A stretch of DNA of 20,000 nucleotides from an uncultured virus (IMG/VR IMGVR_UViG_3300044724_004089). Lineage: Duplodnaviria > Heunggongvirae > Uroviricota > Caudoviricetes. Under the pieces are notes generated by a model. It was not told the origin of the DNA. It ran no database searches and saw only the letters and a list, made by a program, of their open reading frames with translations. The position numbers were made by a program, and so were the translations under genes. The stretch lies in the IMG/VR virus record IMGVR_UViG_3300044724_004089. One strand, written 5' to 3'. Of the stretch, positions 8,680 to 16,480 are shown piece by piece (the first letter of the stretch is position 1; every line of letters begins with the position of its first letter).

Positions 8680-8923
8680 ACCTAACTGCATCTATTGTGA
8701 TAAATCCAAGACTCTGTTAAAGGGTCTTGGATTGTCGTATGTTGAGAACAGTATCAATGATTACAACACTAAACAAGAGTTTTTAGAGGCGATTGGTAAA
8801 CGTGTCAAAACTGTACCTCAAATTAAAATAAATAGTAAACTAATCGGTGGTTATAATCAATTAGTTGAATACTTTGCTGATAAAGGTAAAGTAAATTTTA
8901 AAGGAGAGATTATAAATGAGTAA
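8657..8923 (+). CDS. nrdC: Glutaredoxin (T4 NrdC-like)
   Basis: CIYC active site, TVPQI and IGGY motifs. Confidence 0.9.
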   Translation: MKIEIFSKPNCIYCDKSKTLLKGLGLSYVENSINDYNTKQEFLEAIGKRVKTVPQIKINSKLIGGYNQLVEYFADKGKVNFKGEIINE

Positions 8924-9086
8924 TGACAACGTAATACCATTTCCTAAAAGCAATATTAGAGAAGTTAAATTAAAAGATATTGCAGAAGATATTGCAAATC
9001 AAATGACAAAAATAAAAGAACAAAGAGAATTAATAGATAACCAGAAAAAATATATTATAGAAAGTATTTTGAATGACAAAAGATAA
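8916..9086 (+). CDS. Small hypothetical protein (56 aa, MSNDNVIPFPKS...), not in ORF track
   Basis: Translated by hand. AAGGAG SD. Shares its N-terminal motif with the next gene. Confidence 0.75.
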   Translation: MSNDNVIPFPKSNIREVKLKDIAEDIANQMTKIKEQRELIDNQKKYIIESILNDKR

Positions 9087-9543
9087 TGTAATACCATTTC
9101 CTAAAAAACATATCGATAGAGATAAACTAATTACTGATAAAAAAGAAGTAAAGAAAATCTCAAAAGAGATAGAGGAAAAACAAACAAGAGAATTTGTAGA
9201 GGCGTGTGTAGATGATACTGCATTACACCTAATTAGATTTTTTTATGATTTAAAAATTCATATAAATTCACCACAATTTATAAGAGATTTTGCATTGACG
9301 GTTGATTCATTAAGAGGTTTAATTTACAGAGATTTTGGTACTAACCACCCTTGTCAAAAATTAGTTGACGAATTAGTATCATTAACAGATAGTAAGACAA
9401 AAGGTCCTACTGCTAAATTAGATTACAAAAGATTATTAAAAAATGTAAAAGCAAATAAAAAAGATGCTTACAGTAAACAAATAAAAGAAGATTTAAAAGA
9501 TATGGAAGATGGTGTCACATTTGACCCGGATTTTGATGTATAA
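9073..9543 (+). CDS. Hypothetical protein (MTKDNVIPFPKK...)
   Basis: 156 aa ORF. Confidence 0.8.
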   Translation: MTKDNVIPFPKKHIDRDKLITDKKEVKKISKEIEEKQTREFVEACVDDTALHLIRFFYDLKIHINSPQFIRDFALTVDSLRGLIYRDFGTNHPCQKLVDELVSLTDSKTKGPTAKLDYKRLLKNVKANKKDAYSKQIKEDLKDMEDGVTFDPDFDV

Positions 9544-9546
9544 ATA
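9539..9546 (+). promoter_or_regulatory. T4-type late promoter TATAAATA
   Basis: Exact consensus at a gene boundary, upstream of an AAGGAG SD and ATG 9571. Confidence 0.7.
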
Positions 9547-9570
9547 TCTTTATGAATTGAAGGAGAAATT

Positions 9571-10131
9571 ATGGTAGATAGTAGATTTAAAGTGGAACAA
9601 TTAAACACTCCACAACAACCACAAGAAAACCCAAATCTTATATCAAAAAAGAGTATGGGTGCTTATGCTAGAACGGCAACTAAATCAAATAGAGCAACGT
9701 ATCACGAAATATTAACAAGAGTTAATAATGCAAAAGATAAACCTAAAAAGTTAAAGATATTACAAGATTATGATAGTGAACCATTAAGAATGTTAATGAA
9801 GGGTGCATTTGATCCTAAAATACAATGGGATTTACCAAATGGAACACCACCATACAAAGCAAATGAGGCACCTTTAGGGACACAACATACTTGGTTAGCA
9901 GACGAGTCAACAAAACTATGGCACTTTTTAGTGGGTGGTAATCCAGGATTATCTAAAACAAGAAAAGAAACTATGTTCATTCAAGTATTAGAAAATTTAT
10001 CAAAAGAAGAGGCACTTTTACTAATAAACATCAAAGATAAGAAGTTAAACAAAGTATATAAGGGTTTAACTGCTAATTTAGTAAAAGATGCGTTTGGTTG
10101 GAATGATGAATTTATGAGAAAAGATGCTTAA
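9571..10131 (+). CDS. Conserved T4-like myovirus hypothetical protein
   Basis: Pattern EIL--V--AK-K--K--IL...AFDP-I-W-LP-G-PPY...RKE-MFIQ-LE-L---EA-LL---KDK, which I recognise from marine T4-like phages. Confidence 0.8.
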   Translation: MVDSRFKVEQLNTPQQPQENPNLISKKSMGAYARTATKSNRATYHEILTRVNNAKDKPKKLKILQDYDSEPLRMLMKGAFDPKIQWDLPNGTPPYKANEAPLGTQHTWLADESTKLWHFLVGGNPGLSKTRKETMFIQVLENLSKEEALLLINIKDKKLNKVYKGLTANLVKDAFGWNDEFMRKDA

Positions 10132-10143
10132 TTAATTTTTTCC

Positions 10144-10188
10144 TTGACTTTTCTGTCGAATATGGTATTATAATAGTATACTGATTCG
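10144..10188 (+). promoter_or_regulatory. Early sigma70-type promoter with downstream TGATTCG
   Basis: TTGACT (10144-49), 16 nt, TGn-TATTAT (10166-71). TGATTCG at 10182-88. Confidence 0.88.
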
Positions 10189-10211
10189 AAATGATAATGA
10201 AAGGAAAAAAT

Positions 10212-10580
10212 ATGACAAACATTCAAAAACAATTAGACACTGGTATTAATAACCTTATTAATCACTGTATTAAAGACTATGAGAGATGGTCAACACGAAA
10301 CGGTACTGAGAAACTTAGTAACTATGGTTCTAGACAAATCGAAAGAGGTCTTGGTATGCACGTCAAAAAAGGTTCAAAATACATAAAAGTTATAAGTGAC
10401 TTGGGTAACGGTCAGCAATCTGTTTGGGGTTTTATCGTTGCTAGTGAGAATGATAAGAAGTTTCAAGTAGGTGATATACTTATGGCGGCAGGTTGGAGAG
10501 GTCCAGCAAGAAATAAAGCAAGAGGAAACGTCTTGTCTGGTAACTTTGGTAGTTCTTGGACTGGTCCTAATTATCTTTAA
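10212..10580 (+). CDS. Conserved phage early hypothetical protein (KYIKV...SVWGFI...GDILMAAGW-GPA-N-ARGN family)
   Basis: AAAGGA SD before ATG 10212. Motif recognised from T4-like marine phages. Confidence 0.8.
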   Translation: MTNIQKQLDTGINNLINHCIKDYERWSTRNGTEKLSNYGSRQIERGLGMHVKKGSKYIKVISDLGNGQQSVWGFIVASENDKKFQVGDILMAAGWRGPARNKARGNVLSGNFGSSWTGPNYL

Positions 10581-10592
10581 TTAGGACTTTTT
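10564..10592 (+). terminator. Intrinsic terminator / stem-loop
   Basis: Perfect 10-bp stem gtcctaatta/taattaggac with loop tctt, followed by TTTTT. Overlaps the stop codon and abuts the next promoter. Confidence 0.8.
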
Positions 10593-10594
10593 AC

Positions 10595-10639
10595 TTGACT
10601 TTTTCGTCAGATATGGTATTATAATAGTATAATGATTCG
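10595..10639 (+). promoter_or_regulatory. Early sigma70-type promoter with downstream TGATTCG
   Basis: TTGACT (10595-600), 16 nt, TGn-TATTAT (10617-22). TGATTCG at 10633-39. The span 10594-10642 matches 10143-10191 at 44/49 nt. Confidence 0.88.
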
Positions 10640-10651
10640 AAAGGAAAAAAT

Positions 10652-10822
10652 ATGACAAACAATAATATAAATGTAGATGAAGTAGTAGAAACTATTGCTA
10701 GAATGAATGCTGACGAAAGAAGAAAATTCGTGCAGACTATGGTGATAAAATGGACAGAAATGTCAACACAAATATCAAATACAATAGAACAAGAACTATA
10801 TCACCAAAAACATTATGGATAA
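10652..10822 (+). CDS. Small hypothetical early protein (56 aa, MTNNNINVDEVV...), not in ORF track
   Basis: Translated by hand. SD/start block identical to that of the gene at 10212. Confidence 0.8.
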   Translation: MTNNNINVDEVVETIARMNADERRKFVQTMVIKWTEMSTQISNTIEQELYHQKHYG

Positions 10823-10825
10823 ATT

Positions 10826-11101
10826 ATGAACAACATTCAAAAAATATTATTAGTGTGTGGTATGATTTTAATTGGTTATCTTACTGTAAAATCCTCACAC
10901 TCACAAGAAATTGATGCATCTAAAAGTTTAGAGTTAGAACTTGAACGAATGGCACACCAATACTCTATTGAAGTCATTAGTATAATGCAACAATATCTGC
11001 CAGCAATATTAGACAAAATTGCTACAGATTTAAGATTAGAGGCAGACAAGAAGTATAAGTGTAAATTACTTGAAGACACGAAGATTGAAGACGATTGTTA
11101 A
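10826..11101 (+). CDS. Hypothetical protein with N-terminal signal/TM segment
   Basis: Hydrophobic ILLVCGMILIGYLTV. Confidence 0.7.
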   Translation: MNNIQKILLVCGMILIGYLTVKSSHSQEIDASKSLELELERMAHQYSIEVISIMQQYLPAILDKIATDLRLEADKKYKCKLLEDTKIEDDC

Positions 11102-11122
11102 CTATATTATGAAAGGACTATT

Positions 11123-11383
11123 ATGTCAAAAGAAATTGATCATTACTTAAAATCATTAATAAAAGATGTACCCGATAAGTTAGACCGTTTTTATACATCA
11201 GAAGAGAAGACAATGGTGTATTATGTGGGTAACTTTGCAGAAGATGTACTAAATAACTTTACAGAAAAGCAGTCAGAAAAGTTATTTAAGAAGATTCGTG
11301 GTTATCACGATAATTACATTTTTCTACAACGTAAGTTAGAAAAAGACTTAGACGGATACGAGTACATTGTCACAAAAAAGTAA
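11123..11383 (+). CDS. Hypothetical protein
   Basis: AAAGGA SD; 86 aa. Confidence 0.75.
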   Translation: MSKEIDHYLKSLIKDVPDKLDRFYTSEEKTMVYYVGNFAEDVLNNFTEKQSEKLFKKIRGYHDNYIFLQRKLEKDLDGYEYIVTKK

Positions 11384-12032
11384 AACCTCGTGGAAGAATA
11401 GATTACTACTGCTATTGCATACCAGCATAGTGGTAGTAGTCGCATACGGTGTTGGTACATTTATGCCTAATGATTATGCTTATAAGAAGATATCAAACAA
11501 AATAGAAGAATTTTATACGGGTTGGGCATTAGGTATAGGTTTGCACGAACCTAGTTTTGAATATTCAAATGATGCTACGTTTGTAAGAGCAATGTATAAA
11601 TGTATTGATTTTGTTAATTTTACCACACCTAAAGAACAACGTATACCATACGAGATGATTACAGGTATGGCATCATTAGAAACTGGTTATGGTACAAGTA
11701 GGTTTGCAAATGAGGCAAACAATCTCTTTGGTATCAGAACTTATAATAAAAATATACCACACGTTCTTATTGAGTCTAAAAAAGAATGGTCTGGTTGGGG
11801 TGTAAGAAAGTTTGAAACCAAGTGTAAATCAGTTGAGTATCTTGTTAAATTACTAAATAGTCATTATGCTTATAAAGACTTTAGAAATAAAAGACAAAGA
11901 ATGCTTGACAAAGAGCAAAACCTGGAGACAGAAGAACTGTTAAGAACATTAACAGGAGTATTTCACACCACACCCGATTACACAGACAGAGTATTAAGAC
12001 AAATCCCTAGAATACGGAAATATATGCAATGA
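11367..12032 (+). CDS. GH73 glucosaminidase (Bax-like) with N-terminal membrane anchor
   Basis: A-LETGYGTSRFA-E-NNLFGI motif, FET-C-SV--Y---LN-H-AY--FR and Y-D-V. TM segment at about residues 13-31. Start codon TTG is uncertain. Confidence 0.88.
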   Translation: MSQKSKTSWKNRLLLLLHTSIVVVVAYGVGTFMPNDYAYKKISNKIEEFYTGWALGIGLHEPSFEYSNDATFVRAMYKCIDFVNFTTPKEQRIPYEMITGMASLETGYGTSRFANEANNLFGIRTYNKNIPHVLIESKKEWSGWGVRKFETKCKSVEYLVKLLNSHYAYKDFRNKRQRMLDKEQNLETEELLRTLTGVFHTTPDYTDRVLRQIPRIRKYMQ

Positions 12033-13093
12033 TATTCACACTACTAACATTCTTTTCAGCAATATCCATATCAATTATCGCCGCTGGTTATAGCATTATG
12101 GGTCTTGCTACGTTATTTTCTGGTGCAGTTGTACCAATTATAGCAATGGGTACTGCGTTAGAGATAGGTAAACTAGTAAGTGCAAGTTGGTTGTATCAGA
12201 ACTGGAAGAATAGTAACGTATCCTTCTTGTTAAAGACCTATCTATTTACTGCTATTGTTGTATTGGTATTCATAACATCAATGGGTATCTTTGGTTTTTT
12301 ATCAAAAGCACATTTAGATCAAGTCAAACCCACATCAAATAATGAAATACAAATAGAATTACTAGACAGTAAGATAAAGACACAAGAAAAAAGAATAGAT
12401 AGGGCACAAAATACTTTAGATCAATTAGATAAAGCACTTGATGTTTATATAGAAAAAGAATTTGTAACTAGAGGTCTAAAAGAAAGAAAGAAACAAGAAC
12501 CTGAAAGACTAGCATTGAATGAAGAAATTACAGATGCATCTACTATATTAGGTGATCTAATGCTAGAAAAGAATACAATAAAGATAGAGCAAGACAAGAT
12601 AGAGGCAGAAGTAGGACCATTAAAATATGTTGCAGAACTAATATATGGTGATAGTGCTGAAGATTACTTTGACTCAGCAGTTAGAATAGTAATTATTATA
12701 TTGGTGTTTGTTTTTGATCCATTAGCAGTATTATTATTGATTGCCGCCAATATATCTTTAGCAGAAAGAAAGCAGAAAAAAGAGTTGACAAAAATAAATG
12801 AAAAGGTTATACTAGAAGAGAAGTTGGAAAAGATATCTCATTCAGAAAAATTGAAAGATAAAAAATTGAGAGAGTTAAGAAAAAAAGAAAGAGATTATAA
12901 AAAGTTTGTACAAAAGTTAGGTGCAAAAGAACTTTCAGATTTAGATGCTGATGAGATTAAAGTAAAGTTAGATCAGATTATGGATTGGAATGAACAATCA
13001 GAAAAAGAACCACAAGACATATCTGATCAGTTTAAACCTAAAAAATATTTGGAGGTCGATAATGACAGATTTAATAGAAAAAAGAATAAGTAG
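12029..13093 (+). CDS. Multi-pass membrane protein with long coiled coil
   Basis: Three N-terminal TM segments (LEIGKLV, ITSMGIFGFLSKAH), a coiled coil, EVGPLKYVAE, and TM VFVFDPLAVLLLIA. Confidence 0.8.
   Translation: MIFTLLTFFSAISISIIAAGYSIMGLATLFSGAVVPIIAMGTALEIGKLVSASWLYQNWKNSNVSFLLKTYLFTAIVVLVFITSMGIFGFLSKAHLDQVKPTSNNEIQIELLDSKIKTQEKRIDRAQNTLDQLDKALDVYIEKEFVTRGLKERKKQEPERLALNEEITDASTILGDLMLEKNTIKIEQDKIEAEVGPLKYVAELIYGDSAEDYFDSAVRIVIIILVFVFDPLAVLLLIAANISLAERKQKKELTKINEKVILEEKLEKISHSEKLKDKKLRELRKKERDYKKFVQKLGAKELSDLDADEIKVKLDQIMDWNEQSEKEPQDISDQFKPKKYLEVDNDRFNRKKNK
12785..12813 (+). promoter_or_regulatory. Internal sigma70-type promoter
   Basis: Near-consensus TTGACA (12785-90), 17 nt, TATACT (12808-13). 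Confidence 0.65.
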
Positions 13094-13196
13094 AGCAGAA
13101 AAGGCAAAGTCTAGATGTTTAGACAAAGATATGATAAACTTCTGGAACAGAGTGATTGCATATTTTGAAAATAAACTAGAGAGGACTATTCATTAA
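13062..13196 (+). CDS. Small hypothetical protein (44 aa, MTDLIEKRISR...)
   Basis: GGAGG SD at 13051 before ATG 13062. TAATG coupling to the next gene. Confidence 0.65.
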   Translation: MTDLIEKRISRAEKAKSRCLDKDMINFWNRVIAYFENKLERTIH

Positions 13197-13792
13197 TGAA
13201 TGTATTTTATCTTGATAAATGTCCAGTGAAGTCAGCAGAAATGTCCTGTGACAAGCATTGTATCAAAATGATACTAGAGTCAGCACAATTATTATGCACA
13301 GTGCATAGAGTATCTGACGGTGTTGAATATTATGATAAGACTGCCAATGGTAGAAAGATAAAAAGATGGAAACACCCTAACTCTAATTTAGAAACTTTGC
13401 TATATAAAGCAGGTTGGTTAAATCACCCTAGCACACAATGGTTATTTGAAAGTCCATTTAACTATATGTGGTTATATGAGCATATGATGGCATTAAATGA
13501 AGAATATAAGAAAAGATACAATCATACTAATGACCACGTTACAATACAAAAGTTGGGTGAAGTTCTCAAGTCAGTTCCGTCAAACTTTAAAAATGAAAAT
13601 GCTATGGAAACTGAACCTAAACCAGCAATGCCTGATTATTGTAAAATAAAAGGTGATGCAGTTGCATCATATAGAAAGTATTATATTATGGAAAAAAGAA
13701 GATTTGCAACTTGGAAATCACCTGCTAAAACACCCGATTGGTATTTAGATGGTATTAATAACTTAAAGGAGAAAGAATGTCAAAGTCAATGA
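13196..13792 (+). CDS. Pyrimidine-dimer DNA glycosylase-like protein (Pyr_excise/DenV-related)
   Basis: MNVFYLD--P---A---CDKH--KMILESAQLLCT-H, NHPST-W, EY--RY---H and AMPD...YR-YY motifs. Confidence 0.75.
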   Translation: MNVFYLDKCPVKSAEMSCDKHCIKMILESAQLLCTVHRVSDGVEYYDKTANGRKIKRWKHPNSNLETLLYKAGWLNHPSTQWLFESPFNYMWLYEHMMALNEEYKKRYNHTNDHVTIQKLGEVLKSVPSNFKNENAMETEPKPAMPDYCKIKGDAVASYRKYYIMEKRRFATWKSPAKTPDWYLDGINNLKEKECQSQ

Positions 13793-14022
13793 GAAACGAA
13801 ATGATAGATGCAATCAGAATGAATTGTGAGGGTAATCTACAAACACATAAAACTAATATTGAATTGTATTTAAATAAATCAATAGGTATTGGTGAACACA
13901 GTGATATCATACAAACTGTTATCAAAGAATTAGAGCAAGTAGCAAAGTATGAAGAACTAATACAAACTTTAGATAAACACTTTAGTAAGGAAACAACACA
14001 CGAATTATATGAAAATAAGTGA
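13777..14022 (+). CDS. Conserved phage hypothetical protein (GIGEH-D motif)
   Basis: AAGGAG SD. HK-N-E-YL----GIGEHSDI pattern. Confidence 0.75.
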   Translation: MSKSMRNEMIDAIRMNCEGNLQTHKTNIELYLNKSIGIGEHSDIIQTVIKELEQVAKYEELIQTLDKHFSKETTHELYENK

Positions 14023-15061
14023 GATACCAGGTTTAGGTCGATTTGGAATTTACGTTGACGATCTAACAGTAGAAGATTTAAATAATGATAGATGGTTGTT
14101 ATTAGGTGAAGAACATCTAAAAAGTTTAGTGACCATAATTCGTGATGTAAAATTCAAAGATGCAGGTGAATATAAAAAGTGGATGAAGAAATGGGGTGAT
14201 CCACTTTATTTACCTATGTTAGCACTAAAAAGAAAATACAATATTAAAAAATGGACTGCTTATGATTTCTTTAAAATGAGTAAAGAAGATAAGCAATACA
14301 TTGAAGATGTTAAAAGAATGGTTGCATCAGCAGATGGTAGATTTAACAGTGTGTTAAGAGTAACGGAAAATAGAACATCAGATGATAAACCGATGGGATT
14401 ATTTGGTAGAGGTGATCTGGAATGGCATTGTAATGATGGTGGGTTATTATATTCAATACCTGGTATATCATTATGGGGTCAAAGAAATATGACAAACAGT
14501 AGTACAGGTTTTATGACTACAGTTGATTGGTATGAAGAACAACCCGATAGTGTAAGAAGAGATTTAGAAAATGTCATTGTAATACACAAATATACATCTC
14601 AACAAGTAAACCCCGATGGTGAAAAATATGATGATGGTGTTGTGAGTAGAAACGTGTTTTGTGATGATAATATAGCATCAGAGTTACATAATGATGAAAA
14701 CTTACCAGAGATACCATTAGTAAGAAAATCACTGTATGGTTACAAAGGTATACATTTAAGCACATCTTGTTATCAAGTTGTTGGTTTGTCTGTAAAAGAA
14801 TCTAGAAAGTTTTTTGACCATTTGAGAAAGTCACTATTAAAAGAAAAATATATTTACAGACATAAATATAAGAATGATAATGATTTATTAATTTTTGATA
14901 ATACGATTACACTTCACAACAGAGAGGGTAAAACAAAAGATAGATTAGCATTTAGAATACCAAATGATTACTCAAAATTAAGACCCGATTACAACCCTTA
15001 CATTCAAGAACCATATAAATCAGACTATAACAAAATAAGGAAAGATTATGCCAATATATGA
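14009..15061 (+). CDS. TauD/TfdA-family 2-oxoglutarate/Fe(II) dioxygenase
   Basis: GLFG-G-LEWH, T-F, Y-H-Y---DLLIFDN--TLH-R...R motifs. Confidence 0.85.
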   Translation: MKISEIPGLGRFGIYVDDLTVEDLNNDRWLLLGEEHLKSLVTIIRDVKFKDAGEYKKWMKKWGDPLYLPMLALKRKYNIKKWTAYDFFKMSKEDKQYIEDVKRMVASADGRFNSVLRVTENRTSDDKPMGLFGRGDLEWHCNDGGLLYSIPGISLWGQRNMTNSSTGFMTTVDWYEEQPDSVRRDLENVIVIHKYTSQQVNPDGEKYDDGVVSRNVFCDDNIASELHNDENLPEIPLVRKSLYGYKGIHLSTSCYQVVGLSVKESRKFFDHLRKSLLKEKYIYRHKYKNDNDLLIFDNTITLHNREGKTKDRLAFRIPNDYSKLRPDYNPYIQEPYKSDYNKIRKDYANI

Positions 15062-15350
15062 TTTTAGAGATACAAAGACTGGTAAAATATTTGAGAAGAT
15101 GATTTCAATTAGTGCTAAAGAACAGTATCTAAAAGACAATCCACATATTCAACAGTTAGTGTCTGGAATAAATATAGTAAGTGGTGTGTCAGGTATAACA
15201 CACAAAAATGATAGTGGGTGGAATGACAATCTAACTAGAATAGCAGAGGCACATCCAAAAAGTAATTTAGCAAAAAGACAATTAAGAAGAGATACAAAAA
15301 CAGTTAAGACTGAAGAAGTATTAAAGAAACATAGAAAGAGGATTAAATGA
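15048..15350 (+). CDS. FmdB-like (MP-Y-F) phage protein lacking zinc-ribbon cysteines
   Basis: MPIYDFRDTKTGKIFE...YLKDNPHIQQ and GWND-L-RI---HP. Confidence 0.65.
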   Translation: MPIYDFRDTKTGKIFEKMISISAKEQYLKDNPHIQQLVSGINIVSGVSGITHKNDSGWNDNLTRIAEAHPKSNLAKRQLRRDTKTVKTEEVLKKHRKRIK

Positions 15351-15748
15351 CAGATATTCCTGATTATATGCGTGGTTTTGATTTAGATGAAGATTATGGT
15401 TTTACACCTGTAACTTCTAAACCAAAATCAGAATCAGCAGTAGATAAAAAAGTGGTAGAAAATACCAATTTAGAATTATCAAAAGTAAAAAGTGATTTGT
15501 CTGATATCAAGTCTATGATGAATGAAGTATTGCAAGTGGTGGCAGAAAAAGATACCATCACAAAAGAGATAGAAGACACAGAAGTTAAACAAAGGTTCAA
15601 AAGTATAGAGAAAGTGATATTACCTTTTTTATATAATTTAAGTAAAACAGACGAACCTTACATACATTGGCCTAATCGAGGTCCAATAATAAAAGCACAA
15701 ATAGACAAAATTTTAGAACTAACAAGAGGTAGAAATGCAATTAAGTAA
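15347..15748 (+). CDS. Hypothetical phage protein (D-DYGF N-terminus, YIHWPNR C-terminus)
   Basis: GAGGA SD; ATGA overlap. Confidence 0.78.
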   Translation: MTDIPDYMRGFDLDEDYGFTPVTSKPKSESAVDKKVVENTNLELSKVKSDLSDIKSMMNEVLQVVAEKDTITKEIEDTEVKQRFKSIEKVILPFLYNLSKTDEPYIHWPNRGPIIKAQIDKILELTRGRNAIK

Positions 15749-16247
15749 GAATTTTTCGTTAGCAGAGATGACCAGATCACAAACGGCAACTAGAAAAGGT
15801 ATTGCTAATTCACCATCTGGAACTCATCAATCAAATTTAGTTTTATTATGTCAAAATGTATTACAACCATTAAGAGATTACTATGGTAGACCATTAAGAG
15901 TTACATCAGGTTATAGAAGTCCTGAATTGTGTATCGCAATTGGTTCATCAGTAAACTCACAACACGCCAAAGGTCAGGCGGCAGATTTTGAGATACCAGG
16001 TGTATCAAATAAAGATTTAGCAGAATATATAAATGAAAATTTAAATTATGATCAATTAATATTAGAGTTTTTTACACCTGATGACCCTATGAGTGGTTGG
16101 GTGCATTGTTCATTTAACAATAAAGTAGAAAACAGAAAACAGTTTTTAAGAGCATATAGAGATAATGGTAAAGTGAAATATGAAGTCTACCACGATGGAA
16201 TATTTCCTACAGAAAGTGACGTGATTAGTGGATCGAAAGCAAACTAA
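15735..16247 (+). CDS. Peptidase M15A family Zn metallopeptidase (candidate endolysin)
   Basis: LSKNFSL-E, SGYRS, SQH--GQAAD and GWVH zinc-ligand motifs. Confidence 0.92.
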   Translation: MQLSKNFSLAEMTRSQTATRKGIANSPSGTHQSNLVLLCQNVLQPLRDYYGRPLRVTSGYRSPELCIAIGSSVNSQHAKGQAADFEIPGVSNKDLAEYINENLNYDQLILEFFTPDDPMSGWVHCSFNNKVENRKQFLRAYRDNGKVKYEVYHDGIFPTESDVISGSKAN

Positions 16248-16479
16248 AGAATTTACACTAGACTGGTGGATTAAATGGGTATCAAGTATCTTTTTAATTA
16301 TTGGTATGGTGCTAACTGCTAATAATATATTTCCTATAAACCTATACTTTAGCACTGTAGGTATTGTGGGTTGGGTGATTGTAGGTATGTTATGGAGAGA
16401 TAGAAGTATAATGATATTAAATGCAATTGCATTTTCTATATACTTTAATGGTATAGTAAAACATTTATGGGGAGAATAG
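16228..16479 (+). CDS. Small 3-TM membrane protein
   Basis: W-IKW-SS..., FP-NLY and GW--VG-LW-DR----LN. Three hydrophobic segments. Confidence 0.7.
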   Translation: MDRKQTKEFTLDWWIKWVSSIFLIIGMVLTANNIFPINLYFSTVGIVGWVIVGMLWRDRSIMILNAIAFSIYFNGIVKHLWGE

Positions 16480-16480
16480 T

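Noticed and set aside
6319..8918. TATAAATG at 6319 and 8911 as late promoters
   Set aside because: One mismatch to consensus, and each overlaps the start codon itself. Better explained by stop/start junction sequence.
5230..10660. CtrA boxes (TTAA-N7-TTAA) at the early promoters
   Set aside because: Looked for because of the alphaproteobacterial signal, but I found no convincing full site in these intergenic regions.
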